DNA from: Armatimonadota bacterium
Lineage (GTDB): Bacteria; Armatimonadota; SYMT01
NCBI GenBank assembly: GCA_041690135.1
Contig: JAWLHY010000006.1
Span: forward strand, 262,337 to 326,336
Length of the DNA stretch: 64,000 bases
Direction: 5' to 3'
Part shown: positions 9,164-18,606 of the stretch, piece by piece
How positions within the stretch are numbered: the stretch's first letter is position 1
How the letters are laid out: every line of letters starts with the position of its first letter
Notes under the pieces: generated by a model
What the model saw: only the letters and a program-made list of their open reading frames with translations
Databases searched by the model: none
What the model was told of the DNA's origin: nothing
Position numbers and translations under genes: made by a program

Positions 9164-11332
9164 ATGCCCGCTCGCCGGACTCGTATCCTCGTACTGAAAA
9201 TCGCAAGTGAACCCGATGTGGTGCTCGCCCGCCAGCGGGCCCGCCAGATTGCGGGAGCCCTGAGTTTCGACCCTCTCGACCAGACCCGGATCGCTACAGC
9301 CGTCTCCGAGATTGCGAGGAACGCCTACCAGTACGCCGGCGGCGGCACCGTCGAATACGCGGTGGAAGGTCAGAACCCCACCCTTTTCGAGGTGCGCATC
9401 CAGGACCAGGGCCCGGGTATCACCGAGCGCGCGAGGCGTGGGCGCGGTGATTGGAGCACCGGAGGATTGGGCATCGGCATCAGCGGCAGCCGGGCGCTGA
9501 TGGATCGCTTCGAGATCGAGTCAGTTCCAGGAAAGACCACCATTCTGCTGGGGAAGTATCTCCCCCACGCTGCCCCCCCGGTCACCAATAGTCTGCTCAA
9601 CAAGCTGTCCGGGGAGTTGACGGCGGCCCGTGATGGCGGCGCGTTACAAGAGGCACTTCAACAGAACCATGAGCTTCTTCAGGCCCTGGAAGATTTGTGC
9701 GCCCGCCAGTCGGAGATCGAGCAACTAAACGCGGAACTCGACGACACCAATCGCGGCGTGATGGCGCTGTACAGCGAACTCGAGGAGAAGGCCGAGTACC
9801 TGCGGCGGATCAACGACCAGAAGAGCCGGTTCTTCTCCAACATGAGCCATGAGTTCCGTACGCCGCTGAATGCCATTCTGAGTCTTTCCCGGCTGCTCCT
9901 GGACCGCATCGATGGAGAACTCACCCCGGAACAGGAAAAGCAGGTTACTTTCATCCGGCGTTCGGCCGAGGGACTTTCGGAACTGGTCAACGATCTCCTC
10001 GACATGGCCAAGGCCGAAGCGGGCAAGATCACCATTCGCCCCAGCGACTTCAGTGTCGATTCGCTTTTCGGCACGGTGCGCGGAATGCTGCGCCCCATCA
10101 TCAGCCCTGGACGTGTTGAGTTGTCCTTTGAAGATCCGGCCGGGATCTCCAACCTGCACACCGACGAAGGGAAACTGTCTCAGATCCTCCGCAACTTCAT
10201 TTCCAACGCGCTCAAGTTCACGGTGGAAGGCTCGGTTCGCGTCACTGCCAGTATGGGGCCGGCCGATACCGTCGTCTTTTCGGTCATTGATACGGGCATT
10301 GGGATCGCCCCGGAACAACAAGAGCGGGTTTTCGAAGAATTCGCGCAGGTCGAGGGTCCCATGCAGCACCGGTTCCGCGGTACCGGCCTGGGGCTGCCGC
10401 TCTCCAAGAAGCTTGCGGAACTGCTGGGGGGCACGGTCTCCCTGCATTCCGAGCCGGGAAAGGGTTCTACTTTCACCGTTCGAGTGCCCCGTATCTACTC
10501 CGGGCCCGCCGCCGTAGCCTATGTGCCGGAATCAGGATGGCAGATCGACCCAACCCGGACCCCGGTGCTGATCGTGGAGAGTGATCCGGAGACCCTCTTC
10601 ACCTATGAGACTATGCTGCGTGGCACCGGCTTCCAGGGGATTCCGGCGAGGAGCATCCAGGACGCCCGCAGAGCCATACGGGACGTACATCCGGCCGTCG
10701 TCGTGGTGGCACACCTCGAGGGCGCGAGCACCGCCGCCGACCTGGTGCGAGACTTCAAGGCCGACGCCCGCTACCGGGCGACTCCCATTCTTGCCGTGTC
10801 GCCACCCGAGTTCCACGAGATGCTGCGTCTATCCGGCGTGGACGGCTTTCTCAAGGGGCACTCGGATCGGGAGGGTTTCATCAAGCAACTCCAACGGGTA
10901 ACCCAGCGCACCCGTGACGACGTCATTCTCGCCATCGACGACGATCCGGTGGCCCGCTACCTCATGAAGCGCCTCCTGTCGGATACGCGTTATGAGTATG
11001 TCGAGGCCACCGGGGGTCGAGAGGGCCTTCGCATCGCGCGGATCGAGAAGCCTCAGGTGGTCCTGCTCGATCTCTCCATGCCGGACATGTCCGGGGCGGA
11101 AGTCCTGACTGAATTCCACAATGACGACGAACTCCGCGACGTACCTGTGTTGATCGTTACGGGATTGCCCCTCAGCGACGACGAACGGGACGAGCTCAGT
11201 GGCCGGTCAGCAGGGATTCTCTCCAAGCAGGCTCTATCACGCGAGGCACTCGTGAATGCCATTCGAGAGGTTCTGGAAGCCGGCGCGGGGGCGCACGGGT
11301 CAGGCGCCACGCGGGAGGCCGCCGGTGTCTGA
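9164..11332 (+). CDS. Hybrid histidine kinase: RsbT-like N-terminal domain, HisKA, HATPase, two receiver domains
   Basis: ATAVSEIARNAY; MSHEFRTPL; NFISNALKFT; DTGIGI; GTGLGL; receiver AIDDD..LLDLSMPDMSG. Confidence 0.9.
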   Translation: MPARRTRILVLKIASEPDVVLARQRARQIAGALSFDPLDQTRIATAVSEIARNAYQYAGGGTVEYAVEGQNPTLFEVRIQDQGPGITERARRGRGDWSTGGLGIGISGSRALMDRFEIESVPGKTTILLGKYLPHAAPPVTNSLLNKLSGELTAARDGGALQEALQQNHELLQALEDLCARQSEIEQLNAELDDTNRGVMALYSELEEKAEYLRRINDQKSRFFSNMSHEFRTPLNAILSLSRLLLDRIDGELTPEQEKQVTFIRRSAEGLSELVNDLLDMAKAEAGKITIRPSDFSVDSLFGTVRGMLRPIISPGRVELSFEDPAGISNLHTDEGKLSQILRNFISNALKFTVEGSVRVTASMGPADTVVFSVIDTGIGIAPEQQERVFEEFAQVEGPMQHRFRGTGLGLPLSKKLAELLGGTVSLHSEPGKGSTFTVRVPRIYSGPAAVAYVPESGWQIDPTRTPVLIVESDPETLFTYETMLRGTGFQGIPARSIQDARRAIRDVHPAVVVVAHLEGASTAADLVRDFKADARYRATPILAVSPPEFHEMLRLSGVDGFLKGHSDREGFIKQLQRVTQRTRDDVILAIDDDPVARYLMKRLLSDTRYEYVEATGGREGLRIARIEKPQVVLLDLSMPDMSGAEVLTEFHNDDELRDVPVLIVTGLPLSDDERDELSGRSAGILSKQALSREALVNAIREVLEAGAGAHGSGATREAAGV

Positions 11333-13283
11333 ACCCATGTCCAAGCGCATCGTGCTGGTGGACGACGACGAGCCGAACCGTTACGCCGTTGGCCGGATCT
11401 TACGGAACGCCGGGATGGAAGTCTTGGAGGCCGGACGCGGCGATGAGGCTCTCCTACTGGCGAAGGATAATCCCGACCTGGTCATTCTGGACGTCAACCT
11501 CCCCGACATGAACGGCATGGAAGTCTGCCGTCTCATCAAGACGAATCCGGCGACCGCTTGCATCCCCGTCATTCATCTTTCCGCGAGTAAGGTCCAATCT
11601 CGCCACCGGGTGCAAGGGCTGGAATCCGGAGCCGACGGCTACCTGATCCAACCAATTGAGCCGGAGGAATTGATCGCCACGGTGCACGCGTTGCTGCGCG
11701 CGCGCACCGCCGAGGCTGCGCTGCGGGCTGCGGCCCGGGAGTGGAAGACCACATTCGACGCACTGAGCGACGCGATTTGCCTGGTGGCGGCCGACGGCGA
11801 GCTCTTGCGATGGAACGCGGCCATGGCGGAGTTGATCGGTCCGCATGGAGAGTGCGAGGTCGGTTCCTCTTACCTCGCACTCCCTCGCGAGGTTCGCCTT
11901 CTGGGCTTTCCCCTCCTCGAAAGGGCCCTCGAAAGCGGAAAGCGGCAAACCACGGAAGGTCGGCTGGGAGAGAAATGGTTCCGCCTGGCTGCCGATCCGG
12001 TACTGGATGAGAGCGGCGAGGTTTCGGCGGTCGTGCAGATCCTCACCGATATCACGGACCTCAAACAACTGGAAGAGGCCGCCCGGCAACGTGCCGACGA
12101 TCTGGCGTCTGCCGCTCGAGCCAAGGACGAGTTCCTGGCCATGCTCGGTCACGAGCTCCGTAACCCGCTGGGAGCCATCAGCAACTCGCTTTACATCCTG
12201 AACCAGGTCGGTGGACAGAATGAGCCGGCAATCCGCCAGCGTTCGCTCCTCCTACGACAGATTGGCCACCTCACTCGCATGGTCGATGATCTTCTCGATG
12301 TGTCGCGGATCACCCGCGGTAAGATCGAGTTGCGGAGAGAGCCCGTCGACCTGCGTCAACTGGCGCTCAGCGCCGTGGCTCCGCTAGAGCCGATGATTGC
12401 GGGCAACCAGCAACGGCTTACGGTAACCCTTCCGGACGAGCCGGTAATGGTCCTGGCGGATACGACCCGCGTCGATCAAATCATCAGCAACCTGCTCAAC
12501 AACGCGTCCAAGTATACCGATGCGGGGGGAAGCATCCATCTGAGCCTCAAGATCGAGGCAGCGCCGGAAAGCTGCCGTTTGCTTCCAAGCGATCCCGAAC
12601 CCGCCGGATGCGCCGTCCTTCAGGTTGTCGACACCGGCATCGGCATTTCGCCCCAAATGCTGCCCCGCATCTTCGATCTTTTCGCGCAGGTGGACCAAAC
12701 CCTCGACCGTACGCGAGGGGGCCTGGGAATTGGGTTGACCCTCGTTAGAAACCTGGTGGAAATGCATCAAGGTACCATAACGGCGGAGAGTGCCGGTCCG
12801 GGACGGGGAAGTACCTTCACGGTCCACTTCCCACTTGCCGACGCAGCCGACCTGCTATCACCCGTAGCGGGTTCACCGGCTGCCGCCCCCGCCGGAGCGG
12901 AGGGTGAAAACCCGTTGGCACCCGCAACAACCCGCCGAGTTCTGGTGATCGAAGATCAGGAAGATGCTCGGGAAACACTCTGCGACTTGCTGGAACTATG
13001 GGGCTTTGAAGTGGTGGCGGCGAACTCCGGCTTGGACGGCCTGGAGCAGGTCCGTGGGTTCCGGCCGGACGTGGCGCTGATCGATATCGGGCTTCCAGGT
13101 CTATCCGGATACGAAGTGGCCAGAGCCGTGCGGGCCGAGCCGGAGTTCTCGCCGACCCGCCTGATCGCTCTGACCGGCTACGGACAGGAAGAGGATCGAC
13201 GGCGGGCGCAACAGGCGGGGTTTGACGAGCACCTCACGAAGCCCGTGGACCCGGAGGTCCTCCGACCGCTCCTGTGCCGGTAG
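11325..13283 (+). CDS. Hybrid histidine kinase: REC-PAS-HisKA-HATPase-REC (start GTG 11325 or ATG 11337)
   Basis: VLVDDD..LDVNLPD; LGHELRNPL; NLLNNASKYT; GGLGIGL; ALIDIGLP..LTKP. Confidence 0.9.
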   Translation: MSEPMSKRIVLVDDDEPNRYAVGRILRNAGMEVLEAGRGDEALLLAKDNPDLVILDVNLPDMNGMEVCRLIKTNPATACIPVIHLSASKVQSRHRVQGLESGADGYLIQPIEPEELIATVHALLRARTAEAALRAAAREWKTTFDALSDAICLVAADGELLRWNAAMAELIGPHGECEVGSSYLALPREVRLLGFPLLERALESGKRQTTEGRLGEKWFRLAADPVLDESGEVSAVVQILTDITDLKQLEEAARQRADDLASAARAKDEFLAMLGHELRNPLGAISNSLYILNQVGGQNEPAIRQRSLLLRQIGHLTRMVDDLLDVSRITRGKIELRREPVDLRQLALSAVAPLEPMIAGNQQRLTVTLPDEPVMVLADTTRVDQIISNLLNNASKYTDAGGSIHLSLKIEAAPESCRLLPSDPEPAGCAVLQVVDTGIGISPQMLPRIFDLFAQVDQTLDRTRGGLGIGLTLVRNLVEMHQGTITAESAGPGRGSTFTVHFPLADAADLLSPVAGSPAAAPAGAEGENPLAPATTRRVLVIEDQEDARETLCDLLELWGFEVVAANSGLDGLEQVRGFRPDVALIDIGLPGLSGYEVARAVRAEPEFSPTRLIALTGYGQEEDRRRAQQAGFDEHLTKPVDPEVLRPLLCR

Positions 13284-13380
13284 AGCAGCCCACTTCCAGT
13301 GAAGCCCGCAAACCGTGGGAGGCGGAAATTCAGGACTCCCGGGCCGCTGCGGCGAACCTGCATCGGTATGGGAGACCCGC

Positions 13381-14805
13381 ATGTCACAGAATAGACCTCC
13401 ACGAACCAGGAGGAACCTGCCGATCTACCTTCAGGTGCTGGTTGGCGTCGTGCTCGGCGCGGCCCTGGGGGTGATCTTCGAAACCCGCCCCTACCTCTTC
13501 GGGCTACGCAACGACGACCTCGGCCAACTCGGGTTGCTCGTCATCCGCCTGCTCAAAGCCCTCGCCGTTCCCCTCATCCTCTTTGCCATCCTGGACGCCT
13601 TCGTGCGAACGCGCCTCTCCGCCCGCAGCGGTGGTCGGTTGGTTCTGATCTGTCTGGTGAATGTCACCGTCGCGATGACGATCGGCCTGCTGATCATGAA
13701 CACGCTGAAGCCGGGACTCCAGTGGCGCGGACGGATGGATGAGTTGCAAAGCCTGGTGCAAACCGCGTCGCACACCGCACCGGCACCGGCCGGCGCGGCA
13801 CCCCAGGTTTCCGCCCCCCAAACGGCAGCTAAAGCCGACGGACCGACTCTGAACCCGATCAAGAACATCGCGGGTTACGTTCCGGAGAGCCTGGTCGATC
13901 CCTTTGTAAAGAACAACGTGATCAGCGTGGTACTTCTGGCGCTTCTGCTGGGAGCCGCACTGCGCCGGGTCCGCGACGTACAGCGCGAAACGGGTGAGGA
14001 TACGATCGAGGCCGTCGAACGGTTCGTGAAGGCAAGTTACGAGATCTTCCTGCAAATGCTGGAGTGGGTCGTGCGGATGGTACCGTTCGCGGTCTTCGGC
14101 GTGGTCGCACAGGTAGTCGGCAAGTCCGGCCTGGGCATCTTCAGCATCCTCTGGGTCTTTCTCGGGACCGCCATGCTGGGGCTATCGATCCATGCCCTGC
14201 TCTACTATCCGTTGGTGGCCTGGCTGGTCGGCAAGAAGTCCCCACGGGAGTACATCGGCAAAGGCGCGGACGCGATCATCACCGGTCTTTCAATCAACAG
14301 CAGCCTGGCCACCGTCCCCGTCACCCTGCGCTGTCTCACCCAGAAGATGGGTGTTTCGGAGCAGTCCGCGCGCCTCTCGGCATGCGTGGGCACCAACCTG
14401 AACAACGATGGGGTCACCCTTTACGAGGCGATGGCCGCGCTCTTCCTTACCCAGGCGCTGGGGATGACCCTGGGCCTGGAGCAGCAATTCATCGTAGTGC
14501 TCGCCTCCATCATGGCCGGGGTGGGTATCGCGGGCATACCCGAAGCGGGGCTCGTGGTACTGCCGCTGGTGCTCGGCGCGGCCGGGCTGCCCGAGGGCGC
14601 CATCGCCGCCGCCATCCCGCTCATCATCCCCGTAGACTGGATCATCGCGCGCCTCCGCTCCGGCGTGAACGTGATGAGCGACATGCTGGTCGCTATTCTG
14701 CTCGACGTCGGCCGCAAGCCGGAGACCGAACCCGGCATCGGATCGGATGGCCAGGACGGTTCTTGTGTACTGGCGGATGCTGTCGCGGAGATGACCCCTC
14801 GCTAA
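13381..14805 (+). CDS. Dicarboxylate/amino acid:cation symporter (DAACS/SDF family)
   Basis: NSSLATVP, GTNLNNDGVTLYE, GIAGIPEAG, DWIIARLRSGVNVMSD; multiple TMs. Confidence 0.92.
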   Translation: MSQNRPPRTRRNLPIYLQVLVGVVLGAALGVIFETRPYLFGLRNDDLGQLGLLVIRLLKALAVPLILFAILDAFVRTRLSARSGGRLVLICLVNVTVAMTIGLLIMNTLKPGLQWRGRMDELQSLVQTASHTAPAPAGAAPQVSAPQTAAKADGPTLNPIKNIAGYVPESLVDPFVKNNVISVVLLALLLGAALRRVRDVQRETGEDTIEAVERFVKASYEIFLQMLEWVVRMVPFAVFGVVAQVVGKSGLGIFSILWVFLGTAMLGLSIHALLYYPLVAWLVGKKSPREYIGKGADAIITGLSINSSLATVPVTLRCLTQKMGVSEQSARLSACVGTNLNNDGVTLYEAMAALFLTQALGMTLGLEQQFIVVLASIMAGVGIAGIPEAGLVVLPLVLGAAGLPEGAIAAAIPLIIPVDWIIARLRSGVNVMSDMLVAILLDVGRKPETEPGIGSDGQDGSCVLADAVAEMTPR

Positions 14806-14833
14806 CCATCCTACGGGTTGAAACCCGCAAATC

Positions 14834-16621
14834 CTAGCCGAGTGCCTGCTCGCGGTGGGTTTCGACCTCCCGGGCCGCCACCTTCAGGAGCACCGGGATG
14901 GCGATCACGTTCGCCACGGCATAGAGCATGGGCAGCCCCAGGATGATTTCCTCGGGTCGCGCCAGGTTTTTGGCAAAAGCCCAGAGCAACAAGAGCGGCT
15001 CCGCCAGCACGATCGCTCCGACCGCACCCTGCGTGGTGAATAGATCGCGCCACCGGGTCATGGTACGTAGGGAAGCGGAGCAGCCGACGGCAATGACGAA
15101 CGCCAGGCTCAGGAACCACGCACCGAGGGCGAGACTGAGCCCGTAGTCGTCTCCTTCCGTCGCGATGAGCAGGAAGAAGTAGAAACTGGCGATCCACGGC
15201 ACCGACGTGAGCAGGCCCTCGATCAGCGCCGCCGCGAGCCGGCCGCGAATGATCTCGCGTCCGGCCAGGGGGGTGAGGAGGAGCTGACTGACCGTGTTCA
15301 TCCGGCGCTCGCTGCCCCACTGCGCGGCGGCACGGGAGCCGATCCGAATCGCCGTGACAAAGGCTACCCAGCCCAGGATAGAGCACATCATCCCGGCGAA
15401 GGCCGCCACCAAGAGGCCGCCACCCCGAGGCACGCCCCACGGCCCGGCGACCAGCAGCGCCATCATCGCGAGGCCGATGAGCACGATTCCCAGGCACTGA
15501 CCCAGGAAGGTCCAGAGGAGGCCGCTCCCCCGCAGCGCGACTCGGAGGTCGCGGATGAGGACCGGGTTATCCCAGCGGCGCTGGAGGGATAGAATCTCTC
15601 CCGCGGTGCGCGCTCCTTCTTTGCGGGGCTTGACCTTTCGATCCTTTCCTGGCTGTTGGGCCTGCCGCTCCTGCCCGCCCTGACGATAAAGCCGCAGCAC
15701 CTGCACGAGGGGAAAGCCGATGACCATGACCTTCCAGATCCACCAACTCCCCACCCAGGTAAGCCCCAGCAGGATCAGGTACCCTACCGTAACGGTGGTC
15801 ACTTGCATACCCGTCCGCAAACGCCGTGCGAGCGGGCTTGCCGGGTTTGCCCAGGTCCAGGCAGCCGCCAGCGCGTACGCCAGGAACAGCGCCAGCAGCA
15901 AACCCACGATCTGATCCTGTCGCAGCCAGATCGCGGCAAAGAGCCGCCTGGGGAACAACCCAAGCGGCTTGCCTGCCGCGGCATCAACGATCCATCGGCC
16001 GCCAATGGATAGCAGCATCCAGCCGATCCCCATGGGCAGCACGCGGTGAATGCTCGTCTCGAGGCGCTCCGTCAGTGGACGCGTGCGCTCATTCACCGGC
16101 GGCGCCCCGATCCGCTCAGGCGCGATCACCAGAGCCGCTGCAAACGCCAGCAGTCCAATGCACGCCGAGAGGATGAGGCCGGGCCAGAGGTCGCGCGGGA
16201 GGAACTCCCCGCGCATCACCAGGGCGAAGTAGCCGGGGAGGGCCGCCGCCCAGATAAGCGCAAGCGCATAGACTGGGAAGGCCAGCTTCTGCAGAACCCA
16301 CCACCAGGGGGACACCGAAATGAGACGCAGGCTTTCCAGAGTTTTCTGCCGGTACTCTGCTCCGAACACGCGCACCCCAAGCAGCCATCCCGCGGTAGCG
16401 CACACGCCCCCATGGGTGAGGCCCACCGCGACCAGAACCATCGCCCTCAGGAACGTCTCCATCATCCGATTTTCCGTTTCGGAAAACCGCTCCCCGAGCC
16501 AGAGGGGAAACAAGGGAAAAAGCGCGCCCGCAAGAAGTAGCCACGCCAGAGGTGACCAGGCCTTCCGAGAATAGGCGCGTACTTCACGAACGAAAAACGG
16601 GTTCTCCACTCCGAACATCAT
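14834..16621 (-). CDS. Polytopic membrane protein with two ABC-2-type permease-like modules
   Basis: Repeated NPFFVREVR / NPVLIRDLR and EYRQKTLESLRL / ERRMNTVSQLLLTP motifs; many TMs. Confidence 0.7.
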   Translation of the reverse strand: MMFGVENPFFVREVRAYSRKAWSPLAWLLLAGALFPLFPLWLGERFSETENRMMETFLRAMVLVAVGLTHGGVCATAGWLLGVRVFGAEYRQKTLESLRLISVSPWWWVLQKLAFPVYALALIWAAALPGYFALVMRGEFLPRDLWPGLILSACIGLLAFAAALVIAPERIGAPPVNERTRPLTERLETSIHRVLPMGIGWMLLSIGGRWIVDAAAGKPLGLFPRRLFAAIWLRQDQIVGLLLALFLAYALAAAWTWANPASPLARRLRTGMQVTTVTVGYLILLGLTWVGSWWIWKVMVIGFPLVQVLRLYRQGGQERQAQQPGKDRKVKPRKEGARTAGEILSLQRRWDNPVLIRDLRVALRGSGLLWTFLGQCLGIVLIGLAMMALLVAGPWGVPRGGGLLVAAFAGMMCSILGWVAFVTAIRIGSRAAAQWGSERRMNTVSQLLLTPLAGREIIRGRLAAALIEGLLTSVPWIASFYFFLLIATEGDDYGLSLALGAWFLSLAFVIAVGCSASLRTMTRWRDLFTTQGAVGAIVLAEPLLLLWAFAKNLARPEEIILGLPMLYAVANVIAIPVLLKVAAREVETHREQALG

Positions 16622-16982
16622 CCCCTCAGGCCCACCGGCGCTCGACGCCCGGTCTCCACGTTCAACCACAACCCCATGTGCCGGCCCATCCACCGCGCCC
16701 TGCTACCCGATAGCCCGGTACGACCCAGCCCGCGGGAGGCCCAGGTACGTCTCCATCCATCCAACGTAGAACCACCGGTGACAAGTTACGCCCGAGCCTC
16801 ACCGTCCCTGAGGAAAGTGCCGTACCCTGGAGTTCGCGATAGGCCTCCCAAAGTACTGCATCCGAGATGCGCAACCTGCCCAGGGAACATTCCGTTTGTA
16901 ATACCGGTAAGATGAGTATGTAAGGATATGGCAACGGCCCGGCAACCGCCGTGGGCTCAACCCTTTCCAGATCCAAAATCAG

Positions 16983-17108
16983 GTGCCGAGCTCCGCGGCA
17001 GCGGAGGCGGGGGACCCGTGGTAGTTGGGGCATATTCCGGAACACCCGGAACGAGGACTCTTCCCCTCGCGCCCGTCAGCTAACCTCGTAGGCACGGCGC
17101 GAAGAGTC
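16983..17108 (+). ncRNA. c-di-AMP (ydaO/yuaA-class) riboswitch
   Basis: GTGCC...GGCAC closing stem, GGGGGACCC, GGGG..TTCCGG..CCGGAA, hallmark CCCGTCAGCTAACCTCGTAGGC, and pseudoknot GACTCTTC (17056-63) / GAAGAGTC (17101-08). Confidence 0.88.
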
Positions 17109-17217
17109 ACCTACACCTAACGACTTCCCATGCCGGAACGTCGTCCTGTTTTTGGCACTCCTCCCGCCGTTCCTCCCTCGCATCTTCTCCTGCCGCGCGA
17201 GCCGGCGGGAGTGAACG

Positions 17218-18246
17218 ATGTCAAGCACGCAATTCCGCGGACCCCGGCCGGCTAAGTGGCAAGGCTGGGCCGCATTCTGTTCCATTACCTTGCTCGCCGG
17301 TGGCGCCACCCACTCGCTCTGGTTGCCGCGAATCACCATGGCGGGCGACAGTCTTCGCGAGACGCCGAAGCCCGCTGCCCAAAGACCCGCTGCCAAAGAC
17401 AAGAGCCAGGCCACCGACAGGACCCGGGTGAGCGGCAAGTCAAAAGCCGGGGCCACGAAGTCACCGAAGAAAACCGCGAAGACGGCTAAGAAAGCTGCGA
17501 CCTCACCGGTGGCCTACCGGAAGATCATCGTCCGCGGGGTACCGATGCACGTGGTTCAGGTGGACCCTCGCAATCCCAATGTCCGGCTCGGAGTGGTCAC
17601 ACCGAAGTACGGAATTGGGGCCCGGGAGTCGTGGTCGGACCTCGTCGACCGTGCGCGGCCGGCAGCGGCCATCACCGGCACGTACTTTTGCACTTCGTCC
17701 GGCATTCCGGTCGGAAGTATCATCGCCGCGGGCAGAACGGTCCATCGCGGTGGAATCGGCACCGCCTTCACCTTCAGCCCGGCGAAGGGGGCGCAAGTCG
17801 TTACCTGCCTCCCTAACCGCGGCTATGACTGGAAGGGGGCCGACACGGTGCTGCGCGCCGGACCCCGCCTGTTGACCGCCGGCCAGCGCACCCTATGGCC
17901 CGAAGCCGAAGGGTTCAAGGACCCGGCCGTCTATCAGCGCAAGCGCCGCACGGCCGTGGCTGTGACGAAGCACGGAAAGCTTCTGTTGGTGGCCGTGAAC
18001 AAGCCGGTGCTGCTGCGGACCCTGGCCGATTCCCTGCGGGATCTCGGAGCGGTGGACGCTATGTGTCTCGACGGCGGTGGATCGACCGGTCTCTACACCC
18101 GCGGCAAAACCCAAATCAAGCCGGATCGTCCTCTCACCAACCTGCTTGTCGTTTACGACTCGCCAGCGCGCTACGCACAGCAGGTGGGGCGCCTCAACCC
18201 GACCGATACGCAGATCGTGCGGCTGGAGGCGAGCCCGAGTGGTTAG
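17218..18246 (+). CDS. Secreted phosphodiester glycosidase (NAGPA/DUF2233) family protein
   Basis: Signal-like N-terminus, K/A-rich linker, AAITGTYF, RTAVAV, AMCLDGGGST. Confidence 0.88.
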   Translation: MSSTQFRGPRPAKWQGWAAFCSITLLAGGATHSLWLPRITMAGDSLRETPKPAAQRPAAKDKSQATDRTRVSGKSKAGATKSPKKTAKTAKKAATSPVAYRKIIVRGVPMHVVQVDPRNPNVRLGVVTPKYGIGARESWSDLVDRARPAAAITGTYFCTSSGIPVGSIIAAGRTVHRGGIGTAFTFSPAKGAQVVTCLPNRGYDWKGADTVLRAGPRLLTAGQRTLWPEAEGFKDPAVYQRKRRTAVAVTKHGKLLLVAVNKPVLLRTLADSLRDLGAVDAMCLDGGGSTGLYTRGKTQIKPDRPLTNLLVVYDSPARYAQQVGRLNPTDTQIVRLEASPSG

Positions 18247-18259
18247 GGGTTTCGGGGTG

Positions 18260-18343
18260 CGAGTTGGGAGTCCGGACGAAGTCCGGTTCTCCCTCGCGAC
18301 CGCCGGATCCGAACCCCGGACTGGCACCCGGACTCCCAACTCG
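18260..18343. repeat. 16-bp perfect inverted repeat between convergent genes (REP- or terminator-like)
   Basis: CGAGTTGGGAGTCCGG (18260-75) and CCGGACTCCCAACTCG (18328-43). Confidence 0.7.
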
Positions 18344-18606
18344 GGCGCGGAGAGGCTGGTAACCACAGGCCGACGCCACGTGGCGTTGCGGCAGCTCTGC
18401 GACCCGGACGCTCACACAGCAATACAACTGTGCCCTAAGACCGACCGTTGGTCAGTTTAGGTGCGAGGGCAAGAATCTGATGGCGCAAGCGACCTGACCC
18501 TTTGGTCGCTGAACAATGAACCGAAACGGCTCCGGTTGCCAACTTCCTTCCTGGCCTCTCGGCAGGTAAGACGTTGGCAACCGGAACTTGAGTGCCAGGG
18601 GACCCC

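Noticed and set aside
13299-14832. Mobile cassette around the DAACS gene bounded by TGAARCCCGCAAA
   Set aside because: The match is short and imperfect, and no transposase or target-site duplication is evident.
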